From the NCBI RefSeq assembly GCF_041648055.1, contig NZ_JBAZPS010000008.1:28742-92741 (forward strand): DNA of 64,000 nucleotides, read 5' to 3'. The position numbers and the translations under genes are program-made. Below the pieces are notes generated by a model that ran no database searches, had not been told where the DNA came from, and was given only the letters and a program-made list of their open reading frames with translations. Source of the DNA: Brevundimonas sp. (lineage in GTDB: Bacteria; Pseudomonadota; Alphaproteobacteria; Caulobacterales; Caulobacteraceae). Shown here piece after piece: positions 55,791 to 64,000 of this stretch. Within the stretch, counting starts at the first letter, position 1; each line of letters begins with the position of its first letter.

Positions 55791-56223
55791 GGCCTGTGAA
55801 TATATTTTTACGGCGGAGTCTTGCTTCTAGATCGCCCTCGAAATCCAGCGACCGTTCATCAAAGTCTTGCAACGGCGCAAGTCGTCCGCGACTTTCTTCG
55901 ATTCACCCGGAGGGCCCGTCATCATTGACTTCAGACCTCAATGCGTCCGGATTTCGCCGGAATGCGCGACAGGGCGCCGACGAGAGAATCGGATCGACGC
56001 CAGGCCTCCCGAAAGCGCGAAGCGCATGACGTCAGAAGCTTGTCGGACCGCCGAATATTGTCGGGCGTGGCCTGCGACGGATCAGCATGGGACCGGCGGA
56101 TGCCGGCGGCCCCTTAAACAGGGGCCCGCCAAGACGTCCGCGACCGCCTGGAAGACGGCGGACACGCGGTCGAGGCGGTCGTCCATCGATGTCGACGATC
56201 GCGCCGACAGTCTCTGAGCCGAG

Positions 56224-58065
56224 TCAGGCGGTCTCGCGCAGGAAGTCGTCCTCGTCCTCGACCTGCGCCTCCTCCCCCTGTCGGTTGGGACGGAACTGAC
56301 GCCCCATGCTTCGACGGGCGCTCTGGATGGAGTCGTAGAAATCGTCGGCCGCCAGGCTCAGGCTTTCCGGCGCGAGGGCGTGACGCACGGCGTCGGGATC
56401 CCATTCCTTGTTGAGCTGCTTGGCCAGGGCGAACACCACCGCCCGACCGACGCGCAGGACCATGCTCTTCTCCGCCTGTCTAACGGCGGCTTCACGCATG
56501 GTGTCGAGGTCGGCGACGGTCGCATAGGAGGCCTCGAGCGCATCCTTCATCTCGCCGATCGACGGATAGAGCATGTTGAGAAACAGCTGGCCGTTCTCAT
56601 AATACCGACCGGCCCGCCCCTTCAGCTGCTTCTCCTCGATCTCCTCGGCTGTCCTCAGCAGGACGATCTCGGGCGCGCGTTCGCGGTCTTTCCAGAGATC
56701 GGCCGCCTTCGACCCCTGCGGGGCAAGGTTCAGATCGATATGCTTTGTCTTCGGCCTGGAGGCCCCGCCGGCTCCGCCCTCGCCGTCACGCTGGGGTTGG
56801 GCGCCCACGCCGCTCGCTGTATCGACCAGACGGATTCCCGTGGTCGTCGGCCTCGGGGAGACCCGGCGAACCCGCAGGTCGTCGAGCAGCTTCTGAAGTT
56901 CGTCACGGATGTCGTCGCTGGAGGTGCTCTCCGGCGCGAACGACCGAATGACGTCGATGAGCCACTGGGGGCGATGCTGGGCGACGAGGTCGCCGAAATG
57001 GGCGGCTTGAACGGTGTCCTGCTCACCAGCCTGGTATCGCAGGAACTGACGGTAGGCCTCCGGCAGCACGTCTGCGTCGTCCGGCAGTTCGATATGGACA
57101 GAGATGTGCTTCGATCCGAAGGGGATGCCGAACAGGGGGGCGTTGATGGACCAGCCGCGCCCGGTTTTCACATCATAAAGCTCGTCGCGATAGACGACGC
57201 CGGCGAGACTCAGGGCCGACTGGATGGCGCCGCTGATCGAGCGGTTATGGCTCGGCGACTTCTCATAGGGCGGGTCGTAGAAATAGTGAATCTTCACGCC
57301 GCCCGGCGCCTCGACCGTCTCGGTCCGCTCAAAGGCTCCGGCGGCGGCGCGTCGCGGCAGGGGCTCGAAAGCCCGGGTCCCGTCTCCGAGCTTGTGCGTT
57401 CCAGCCAGCAGGGTCACGCGCACGCCTTCAGGCAGGCGGTAGAACCGGTGATACAAGTAGGTGGCCAGCCACTGCGCATCGACCACCGGATCGCCGTTGT
57501 AAGGCGCACGGGCGGTCTCCTGATCCGCCTCGTTCCCCAGCAGGCGAACTTCCGTCCAGTCCTCCGTCAGGTCGTATCCTTCCTCGGCGGCCAGCTCGGT
57601 CACATCGATGACCTCGACGAGGTCGCCGTTCTCCAGCGTTCGCCGAAGACGCCCGTACCGCCCGTCGCGCTCGCAGAGGATCACCTCATTGACCGCGCCG
57701 GATTTGCAGGAGCGATAGACCATCCCCAGTCGGTTGGACGGCAGGGACGCCACCTTCGCGCCCATCCCGAAGTTCGCGTCCAGGCCCTTCTGCTTGCGGA
57801 TGGACGAGGCTAGATCGCACATCCGGTAGAGCTCGGCGGCGTCCATCCCCGGTCCGGTGTTCCAGATCGCAAGCTTGGGCGTGTCGTTGAACGTCACAGT
57901 GCGGAAGATGACCTGACGACTGCCTTCGGGCGCGAGGGACGCGGCCTCCATTGCGTTCTTGGCCAACTCCCGCACCATCATGGTGCGCGGGCAACGCTCG
58001 ATGGTGGTCGAGACGAGGAAATCGACATCGTCGATAAGGATCGGGGTGATGCTGGACTGGGTCAT
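56224..58065 (-). CDS. GHKL (HATPase_c_3-like) ATPase, 613 aa, cargo inside the trb operon
   Basis: MVRELAKNAMEA (N box), IWNTGPGMD (G1), NFGMGAKVAS (G2); remainder unrecognised. Confidence 0.75.
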   Translation of the reverse strand: MTQSSITPILIDDVDFLVSTTIERCPRTMMVRELAKNAMEAASLAPEGSRQVIFRTVTFNDTPKLAIWNTGPGMDAAELYRMCDLASSIRKQKGLDANFGMGAKVASLPSNRLGMVYRSCKSGAVNEVILCERDGRYGRLRRTLENGDLVEVIDVTELAAEEGYDLTEDWTEVRLLGNEADQETARAPYNGDPVVDAQWLATYLYHRFYRLPEGVRVTLLAGTHKLGDGTRAFEPLPRRAAAGAFERTETVEAPGGVKIHYFYDPPYEKSPSHNRSISGAIQSALSLAGVVYRDELYDVKTGRGWSINAPLFGIPFGSKHISVHIELPDDADVLPEAYRQFLRYQAGEQDTVQAAHFGDLVAQHRPQWLIDVIRSFAPESTSSDDIRDELQKLLDDLRVRRVSPRPTTTGIRLVDTASGVGAQPQRDGEGGAGGASRPKTKHIDLNLAPQGSKAADLWKDRERAPEIVLLRTAEEIEEKQLKGRAGRYYENGQLFLNMLYPSIGEMKDALEASYATVADLDTMREAAVRQAEKSMVLRVGRAVVFALAKQLNKEWDPDAVRHALAPESLSLAADDFYDSIQSARRSMGRQFRPNRQGEEAQVEDEDDFLRETA

Positions 58066-58071
58066 GGCGGC

Positions 58072-58290
58072 CTACAGCTTGAAGCCGGACTTGCGGGTCC
58101 GGGGAGCCTCGAAGCGGGCCTCGACCTCCGCGACGGCGTCACGCAGCGCCCGCATGATCTTCTTCACCTCCACGTCCTCGTACTCATAGACCTGCCGGTT
58201 CGACAGGTTGCCGATCCGGGCGATCGCATCGAGCGCCTTGGTGGTGCGACCTTCCGCCAGTTCACGGAATTTTTCGCGTTTCTGAGTCAC
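58072..58290 (-). CDS. small helical protein (72 aa) preceding the GHKL ATPase
   Basis: GTG 58290 with AAGGA 9 nt upstream; the alternative GTG 58344 would force the palindrome to be coding (RIRRKYRRIRS). Confidence 0.5.
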   Translation of the reverse strand: MTQKREKFRELAEGRTTKALDAIARIGNLSNRQVYEYEDVEVKKIMRALRDAVAEVEARFEAPRTRKSGFKL

Positions 58291-58309
58291 GAATGAGCAT
58301 CCTTGTGAT

Positions 58310-58338
58310 CGTATTCGTCGATATTTTCGTCGAATACG
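58310..58338. promoter_or_regulatory. 29-bp near-perfect palindrome CGTATTCGTCGATATTTTCGTCGAATACG (operator-like)
   Basis: 12 of 14 arm positions pair; located 20-48 nt upstream of the proposed start of the small gene in an A/T-rich spacer. Confidence 0.5.
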
Positions 58339-58425
58339 AACCACACATCCGCACGATTTGCAATCACGCGGATATTTCAGGCCTATGGGGGAGCTGCCTC
58401 TCAGCTCCAGCGCGCGGTACCCTCG

Positions 58426-59346
58426 TCAGCTTTCAAGGGGCAGCAGGTCATCGACGACCCGGCCCGTCCGGGTCCGGCGGATGTGGACGATGATGTCGAT
58501 GGACTGGGTGATCATACGGTGCGGGATCGCTGGCCCGACCTCGGCGATCAGATCCTCGATCCGGGACACAGCCTCGCGGGCGGAATTCGCGTGGATCGTC
58601 GAAAGGCCGCCCGGATGCCCGGTGTTCCAGGCCTTGAGGGTTTCGAGCGCCGCCGACCCTTCGCGCATTTCTCCAACGACGATCCGATCAGGTCGCATGC
58701 GCAAAGCGTCACGGACCAGGTCGACGACCCCGATCGGCACAGGGTGGCGGCGTGTGAGGGTGGCGACGAGATCCCACGCGGAACATTGAAGTTCGGGCGT
58801 ATCTTCAATCAGGAAGACACGGTCGTTCGCAAACGCCGGCTCTGCGAGCAGCGCATTGGCCAGCGTCGTCTTCCCCGAACCCGTACCGCCCGAGATCAGC
58901 AGATTCCGGCGATCCCGCACCGCGGCGCGCAGGACCTCGGCCTGCCCCTCCGTCACCACGCCGTCACGGACATAGTCATCCAGGGTCCAGATCACGGCGG
59001 GTCGTTTCCGGATCGAAAAGGCAGGCGCGGCGGTTACCGGCGGGAGAAACCCCTGGAACCGCTCCCCGGTGACCGGAAGTACCCCTGCCAGACGTGGATT
59101 CTCCCGGGTGACCGGATCCCCGACATAGTCCGCGATCAACCGGATGACCCGTTCCCGGGCTTCTGACTCCAACTCGTGGCCGGTATCGGCGCGCCCGGTC
59201 CCGACGCGATCCAGGACCAGGCGCCCATCCGGGTTGACGAGGACTTCGACCACAAGCGGATCGGTGAGCGCCTCCAGGATGTCGGGCCCCAGCGCGTGGC
59301 GAAGCGCCTCCAGCTTCCGTTCGCCGACGATAGGATGGACGCTCAT
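58426..59346 (-). CDS. trbB: P-type conjugative transfer ATPase TrbB (VirB11 family)
   Basis: 306 aa; Walker A SGGTGSGKTT; IVVGEMR; His-box region. Confidence 0.93.
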   Translation of the reverse strand: MSVHPIVGERKLEALRHALGPDILEALTDPLVVEVLVNPDGRLVLDRVGTGRADTGHELESEARERVIRLIADYVGDPVTRENPRLAGVLPVTGERFQGFLPPVTAAPAFSIRKRPAVIWTLDDYVRDGVVTEGQAEVLRAAVRDRRNLLISGGTGSGKTTLANALLAEPAFANDRVFLIEDTPELQCSAWDLVATLTRRHPVPIGVVDLVRDALRMRPDRIVVGEMREGSAALETLKAWNTGHPGGLSTIHANSAREAVSRIEDLIAEVGPAIPHRMITQSIDIIVHIRRTRTGRVVDDLLPLES

Positions 59347-59756
59347 TCGGCCGTCCCGCGCTGCGGCCTGCCGCCCGAGATCAACCGGGCGGCCGTGTCA
59401 TCGAGAAGCTGTTCGATCCGGCGGTCCACTGCGGCGCGGGCGACAGGATCCTGATCCGTGACGGCGTCCGGCAAACGCATGAAGAAGGCGCGGGCGACCT
59501 CGATGACCAGCTCCTGGATGATTTGCACGTCTCGCGCCGTCGACCGCATGTGGTCTCTTAGCGCGCGGTCGAGCTGAAGCAGACGGTCGTCCGGATCGGC
59601 GGGGAGGCTTCTGGCCAGGCCCTTCGCAAGCGAGCGTCCGGCGGCCTGGCTGATCGGAATATTGGCCGAGCGCGCTTCCCGCTGCAGGGCGGCGACCACG
59701 CGGGGGTCGGTGAGATAGACCTGAACCCGCGTCGCCCCGGTCTCACGCCCGCCCAT
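59343..59756 (-). CDS. CopG/ribbon-helix-helix-like protein between traG and trbB
   Basis: Start ATG 59756 (MGGRETGATRVQVYLTDPRVVAALQREA); the upstream part of the track ORF lies inside traG. Confidence 0.6.
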   Translation of the reverse strand: MGGRETGATRVQVYLTDPRVVAALQREARSANIPISQAAGRSLAKGLARSLPADPDDRLLQLDRALRDHMRSTARDVQIIQELVIEVARAFFMRLPDAVTDQDPVARAAVDRRIEQLLDDTAARLISGGRPQRGTAE

Positions 59757-61644
59757 CCCCGCCTCCCTGCAACCCGTCAAGCACCGCCTGTTCCGCCGCG
59801 AAGGCGGTCGAAATCCGCTCGTAGGTCTCGGCCGCCCTGGCGGCGACGCGTCGGTCATGGATCGCCGCCTCCACCTCTTTGAACAGCGGCAGGGCCGCCT
59901 CCGGATCCTCGCCCAGCCCCCGTCGTCCCGCCCATGGGTGAACCGGTGCGCCAGGCGTGTCGACGCCAGCCGCCTGATCCGGCGGCGGCAGGTCCGCGCG
60001 CGTCCGGAAGGGCCGCTCCCTGTCGTAGAGGACCTTGCGTGTCCGCAGCGGTCTGTGCCCTGCCGCAAAGGTCAGCTGCACCTCGTCCGGCAGCGCCCGG
60101 ACTTCGCCCGGCTCCAGCAGGGGCCGTTCGATCTCGGAGCGGGACACCGAGCTCCGGCCGGCGCCCAGCCCCGCCGGACCGCTGCGGCTGGTCTTCCGCT
60201 CCAGCACGGTGCCGGTGAGCTTGGACACCTTGTCCTGTGTTAGCGGATCGAGAGCGCTGAAGGCGGTGTAGACATGGCAGTTGTCGAGGATGGTGTTGTT
60301 GGCCCCATAGGTCTCGACGATGTCGTTCAGGGACTGGGCGACGAACATTGTCTTGATGCCGTAGCCGCTCATCAGGCGCAGGGACTTCTCGAAGAAGGCC
60401 AGTCGGCCCAGCAGCGGGAACTCGTCCATGAGCATCAAAAGGCGCCGGCGCTTCTCGCGGCCCGCGTCGTCGGCGTGCTCTGCGGCGGTCAGGGCCTGGG
60501 CCGCCGCGTAGAAGAGAAGCCGGATCACCGGTCGCAAGGCGACGGCGTCGGCCGGAGCGACCTGCACATAGAGGGAGACCGGCGCCTCGGCGCACATCAG
60601 ATCGCCGAGCGCGAAATCCGATGCCGACATCGCCCGAACCAGATCGTCGCCGGCCAGCCATTTGAGATAGCTGCGCGCCGTGCCCTGCACCGAGGTGCGA
60701 AAGCGGTCGTGCATCGCCGCGTAGCCCTTCACCGCCGTGGAGATGAACGGATGGACCTCGGGGACGCCCTCGGGACCCAGACGATGAAGGGTCCGGACCA
60801 TGACGTCGGCGGCGGCGTCCAGATCGGCGAGGATCGTTCTCACCGTCAACAACGTCTTGTCCGCGTCCGGCGCCGTGTAGAGGACGTGCAGGATCACGGC
60901 TTCGAGAATCTCGGACGCCGCCTTGTCCCAGATGGCCTCGTCGTCCCGTGCGCCTCCCGGATCGCTGAGGATGGCGACCAGCCGCTGGACCTGCGCCAGT
61001 TCCTGGGGCCCCGGTCTGATCTCCGCCAGAGGATTGAAGCGCGCGGACGCCGGGTCTCGCGGGTTGAAGTAGAGCGCATGACTGTGCTGGGCGCGCCAAC
61101 CGGCGGTCACCCGCCACAGCTCCCCCTTGGGATCATGGACCAGGACGCTGTCGGTCCAGCTCAACAGGGTGGGGACGACATGGCCCCGTCCCTTCCCCGC
61201 GCGGGTCCCGCCCGTCACGAGCGTCGGGCGCAGGTCGGTCGTCGCCAGAAGACGGCCCTGCAACCGCCCGAGGACGCACCCCGCGTCGTGCCTCAGGCCC
61301 GCACGGCGAGCCTCCGCCAGGCCGCCCCACCCGCGCGTTCGCTTCACGGCGCCGCCGTCGAACAGAAGCAGGCCCCCGGCGCCCGCGGCCATCACGAGCA
61401 TGAAGACCGAGAGCGGCAGGGCGAAGGCGTCCCCCTCCGCCGCCCCGAACCTCTGGCGCCAGACGAGGATCATCCAGGGCCAGTAGACGCCTGTCTCGTC
61501 CAGCCGGAGCGCCGGCCCCAGCGTCACATGATAGCGATAAAGCCAGGCGAAGGTCTGGGTGGACGCCTGAAGCGCGACTAGTAGTGCGGCGACAAGACCG
61601 GCGAGGCGTGCTGGCGGCATGACGACCATCCGTTCGAAGACCAT
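59743..61644 (-). CDS. traG: type IV secretion coupling protein TraG (VirD4 family)
   Basis: 633 aa; two N-terminal TM helices; TGGTRAGKGRGHVVPTLL Walker A; LLMLMDEFP Walker B. Confidence 0.92.
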   Translation of the reverse strand: MVFERMVVMPPARLAGLVAALLVALQASTQTFAWLYRYHVTLGPALRLDETGVYWPWMILVWRQRFGAAEGDAFALPLSVFMLVMAAGAGGLLLFDGGAVKRTRGWGGLAEARRAGLRHDAGCVLGRLQGRLLATTDLRPTLVTGGTRAGKGRGHVVPTLLSWTDSVLVHDPKGELWRVTAGWRAQHSHALYFNPRDPASARFNPLAEIRPGPQELAQVQRLVAILSDPGGARDDEAIWDKAASEILEAVILHVLYTAPDADKTLLTVRTILADLDAAADVMVRTLHRLGPEGVPEVHPFISTAVKGYAAMHDRFRTSVQGTARSYLKWLAGDDLVRAMSASDFALGDLMCAEAPVSLYVQVAPADAVALRPVIRLLFYAAAQALTAAEHADDAGREKRRRLLMLMDEFPLLGRLAFFEKSLRLMSGYGIKTMFVAQSLNDIVETYGANNTILDNCHVYTAFSALDPLTQDKVSKLTGTVLERKTSRSGPAGLGAGRSSVSRSEIERPLLEPGEVRALPDEVQLTFAAGHRPLRTRKVLYDRERPFRTRADLPPPDQAAGVDTPGAPVHPWAGRRGLGEDPEAALPLFKEVEAAIHDRRVAARAAETYERISTAFAAEQAVLDGLQGGGDGRA

Positions 61645-61813
61645 CGAGACTTCGAGGGAGAGGGCCGTTTGAGGCGACTTTCTGGCCGCAAATCCGGTCC
61701 TCGGGCGCCGTCGACGCCGATATAGAGGCGTGTCACGCGGGTGAGCCGTTTTGCCCGATCCGGCCGGACCGCAATATATTCTCGCTGTCGGCTCGTCTCC
61801 GAGCCGTGACGGG

Positions 61814-62218
61814 TCAGTTGCCGCCTTCGCGCACCCCGGCGGCCCTCAGGAGGTCGCCGACACGACGACCGTCGAGCCGGCAGGTCGCGATCACCCGATC
61901 ATAGACGATCACCCGGCCGCTACGTCCTCGCGTCGCCACGCATTCGAGGCGTCGGCCCATCACCAGACGGCGCAACTGGTCCCGGGCGGCGCGTCCGCCC
62001 GGTGCGTTGAGCTCCGGGGCATTGAAGTCCGCGAGCCTCACCTCGATCCAGGTGGAGGGGTTCGTGCTGTCGCCGACGCAGAGCCCGTCGCCATCGCCGA
62101 CATAGCGGGTTTGCCCCGAGAAAACCTGTCCGGCGCGATCTGGCAGTCGCCCCTCGCACGGATCGGCATGGGCGATCGCGGGCGCGGCGAGGAGCGGGAG
62201 GATGAGCCACCATTTCAT
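61814..62218 (-). CDS. secreted thermonuclease (SNase)-family protein
   Basis: Start ATG 62218 gives signal peptide MKWWLILPLLAAPAIAHA; VRLADFNAPE ... typical SNase-like core. Confidence 0.7.
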   Translation of the reverse strand: MKWWLILPLLAAPAIAHADPCEGRLPDRAGQVFSGQTRYVGDGDGLCVGDSTNPSTWIEVRLADFNAPELNAPGGRAARDQLRRLVMGRRLECVATRGRSGRVIVYDRVIATCRLDGRRVGDLLRAAGVREGGN

Positions 62219-62286
62219 CGGATCAACCTGGGCCGATCCGGTCGGATCGAAAAGCGCGATCGGGAAGAAAGGAAGGGCGGCCGGGA

Positions 62287-63000
62287 ATGCTCCGCTTGGG
62301 AGCCTTGCTGGAGACCGCCATGCGCCCGCTTCCTGACCTCGAACCCGCGATCGCCGCGGCTGGGCGTTCGCCCGACACGAGTTCCCTCGCCAACCTCGAC
62401 GACCGCGCCCTCCTCGCGCTTCTGCTGGGCCGCAGCATGCGACAGACATCAATGCCCGCCGTGGACGCCCTGTTCGACCGGTTCGGCGACATCGCCGCCA
62501 TTGCTTCCGCCGATGTGCCGGAACTGGCGCGCGCCAGCGGACTGGGACCAGCGGCTCTCACCGACCTGAAACTGCTTCGTGTGCTCAGCGAACGGCTGGT
62601 CCGCGCCGAGGCTTCGAGACGGCCCGTCATCACCAGCTGGACGGCCTTGCTCGCCTATGTTCGGGTCGCATTGGCCGAGGAACCCCGCGAGCAGTTCCGG
62701 GCCCTGTTCCTCGACAAGCGCAACCGGCTCCTGAGCGACGAACTGGTCGCCCAGGGCACGATCGACCATGCCCCCGTCTATCCGCGCGAGGTCGTGCGGC
62801 GGGCGCTGGAGGGGTCGGCCGCGTCCATCATCCTCGTGCACAATCACCCTTCGGGCGATCCCGAGCCGTCCCGCGCCGACATCGAGATGACGCGGAAGAT
62901 CGTCGACGCCGCCAAGGTCTTCGACATCCAGGTTCACGATCATCTGGTCGTCGGGAGGGACGGTACGGCCAGCCTGCGCACCCTCGGGCACTTCCGGTGA
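62287..63000 (+). CDS. radC: RadC-family JAB-domain protein
   Basis: 237 aa; ILVHNHPSGDPEPSRADIEMT JAMM motif. Confidence 0.9.
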   Translation: MLRLGALLETAMRPLPDLEPAIAAAGRSPDTSSLANLDDRALLALLLGRSMRQTSMPAVDALFDRFGDIAAIASADVPELARASGLGPAALTDLKLLRVLSERLVRAEASRRPVITSWTALLAYVRVALAEEPREQFRALFLDKRNRLLSDELVAQGTIDHAPVYPREVVRRALEGSAASIILVHNHPSGDPEPSRADIEMTRKIVDAAKVFDIQVHDHLVVGRDGTASLRTLGHFR

Positions 63001-63908
63001 GCCTGCGCCAGATCGTGGCGATCCTCGGCGGAGACCTCTACCAGAACGGCTTGCGCGCCAATGTGCCGGCGCCCGGCCATGGGAAGGCGGACCGTTCCGT
63101 CTCGCTCCTGCTCGATGGCGGCCGTGTCGTCATCCACACCTTCGGCGCGGCCGATTGGCGGGAGGTGCGCGACGACCTGCGGCGTCGCGGACTGGTCGAT
63201 CACGGCGGTCGGCTCATGGGTGTCGCGGACACGCCGGACAGGCCCGTGATCGACCACCCCCGACGGCGGGCGGTCGCGGGTGCGCTCTGGCAGGATGGGG
63301 TAAGGCCCGCCCGGACCGGCGTGGTCGCACGTCACCTCGCCGTGCGCGGCGTCGCTTGGCGGGAAGACCTCGACGACCTGCTCGAACATCCCCGCGCGCC
63401 CCTCTCGGTCTACCGGCCGGGGCGGCGCGTCGGACGCGCGATGATGACCGGGATCCGGTCGCCCTCGGGGGATCTCACGGCCGTCGAGCTCACCTATCTC
63501 GCGACCAACGGGCAGGTCGCATCGGGTCTGAGCGTTCCCCGCAAGACCGTGGGCCAAGTCCCGCCGGGATCGGCCGTACGGCTGCGTCCCGCGGCGGCGC
63601 GGATGCTGGTGGCCGAAGGCGTCGTCACCACCCTGTCCGCCATGGTCCGCTTCGACCTGCCGGGCTGGGCGCTCATGTCAGCCGGAAACCTCTCGCGGTG
63701 GCATGCACCCCACCATGTTTCGACGGTTCTAATCGCCGGAGACCGGGGCGAAGCCGGGGAGATCGCCGCGATGCGGCTGGCCAGGCGGCTCGAGCGCGAT
63801 GGCGTGGAAGCGATCGTCGCCTTTCCCCCAGCCCCGTTCGGCGACTGGAACGAGGCCGCTCGAGACCATCAGAAAGCGGGAAAGGAAGGGCGCGGACGGG
63901 CGCCGTAA
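62997..63908 (+). CDS. toprim-domain protein (ICE-associated, DUF7146-like)
   Basis: 303 aa; C-terminal MLVAEGVVT ... VLIAGDRGEAG ... toprim-like E and DxD motifs; overlaps radC stop. Confidence 0.55.
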   Translation: MSLRQIVAILGGDLYQNGLRANVPAPGHGKADRSVSLLLDGGRVVIHTFGAADWREVRDDLRRRGLVDHGGRLMGVADTPDRPVIDHPRRRAVAGALWQDGVRPARTGVVARHLAVRGVAWREDLDDLLEHPRAPLSVYRPGRRVGRAMMTGIRSPSGDLTAVELTYLATNGQVASGLSVPRKTVGQVPPGSAVRLRPAAARMLVAEGVVTTLSAMVRFDLPGWALMSAGNLSRWHAPHHVSTVLIAGDRGEAGEIAAMRLARRLERDGVEAIVAFPPAPFGDWNEAARDHQKAGKEGRGRAP

Positions 63909-63946
63909 AGGCGGGGATGGACCTCGCCTACGGCAGGAGAGCCCTC

Positions 63947-64000
63947 ATGTCCCGTTCCACCGCCGTCGCCGTCGTCGCCACCCCCTTCCAGGTCGCGTCG
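63947..64000 (+). CDS. 5' end of an unidentified gene (truncated by window)
   Basis: ATG 63947 with AGGAGA 6 nt upstream; MSRSTAVAVVATPFQVAS. Confidence 0.3.
   Translation, partial: MSRSTAVAVVATPFQVAS

Larger units (their letters stand above)
45686..64000 (-). mobile_element. conjugative-transfer (Mpf/Trb type IV secretion plus coupling protein) module of an ICE or integrated plasmid; extends beyond window
   Basis: traG, copG-like, trbB, (insert), trbCDEJLFGI, traF, SLT, HTH_17/AlpA genes on one strand, plus radC, toprim protein and SNase typical of ICE backbones; no integrase or relaxase in window. Confidence 0.85.

Noticed and set aside
56082-56186. 34-aa minus-strand ORF (MDDRLDRVSAVFQAVADVLAGPC...) in the non-coding tail of the trb insert, overlapping a GGCGGCCCC/GGGGCCCGCC imperfect hairpin.
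   Set aside because: The first half has good third-position GC bias, but there is no ribosome-binding site and the end looks like read-through. It could be a gene remnant and is not reported as a feature.
1-64000. Scan for CRISPR arrays, rRNA/tRNA genes, IS elements, integrases, reverse transcriptases and long tandem repeats.
   Set aside because: None recognised by eye on either strand. The only repeats seen are the 329-bp precursor cassette duplication and short operator-like repeats reported above. A computational repeat, tRNAscan and Infernal pass would be needed to be definitive.

Overview
High-GC (alphaproteobacterial, Caulobacterales/Sphingomonadales-like) chromosomal segment read by eye from the sequence and ORF track; no searches or statistics were run. 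It is a mosaic of six blocks. (1) 1-11.6 kb is respiratory core: a partial TauE-like permease, cydAB with a small trailing membrane ORF, a frameshifted alginate-export-type porin, and an atypical cbb3-oxidase locus (CcoS-like segment fused to ccoN, ccoO, a tri-haem and a di-haem cytochrome c, and a CcoI-like P-type ATPase). (2) 12.1-19.0 kb looks more A/T-rich by eye and reads as a defence island: an Abi2/HEPN protein, a GHKL ATPase fused to a Shedu-like PD-(D/E)xK nuclease, a divergent Mrr-nuclease-NACHT STAND NTPase, and a zinc-ribbon-HEPN protein. (3) 19.3-31.4 kb is a complete isopeptidase-type lasso-peptide locus. It holds two tandem 39-aa precursor genes missing from the ORF track, the B protease/RRE, the C cyclase, an S9 isopeptidase, a TonB-dependent receptor, FecR/FecI, and GntR/GntR/XRE regulators. 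(4) 31.8-44.1 kb is accessory DNA with no recognisable function and is the best candidate for an undescribed system. It carries a translationally coupled three-gene operon divergent from a 1350-aa HTH protein, an MNT-HEPN fusion, and a second three-gene operon headed by a 4-TM-anchored ~1060-aa protein. (5) 44.6-45.7 kb has a HAD hydrolase and a PilZ-like ORF. (6) 45.7-64 kb is the conjugation module of an ICE or plasmid-like element (traG, copG-like, trbBCDEJLFGI, traF, SLT, AlpA-type HTH proteins, radC, toprim protein, SNase). A 2.7-kb two-gene cargo (small protein plus a second GHKL ATPase) is inserted between trbB and trbC. No rRNA, tRNA, CRISPR array, integrase or transposase was seen. 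Many long antisense ORFs in the track are high-GC shadow frames.
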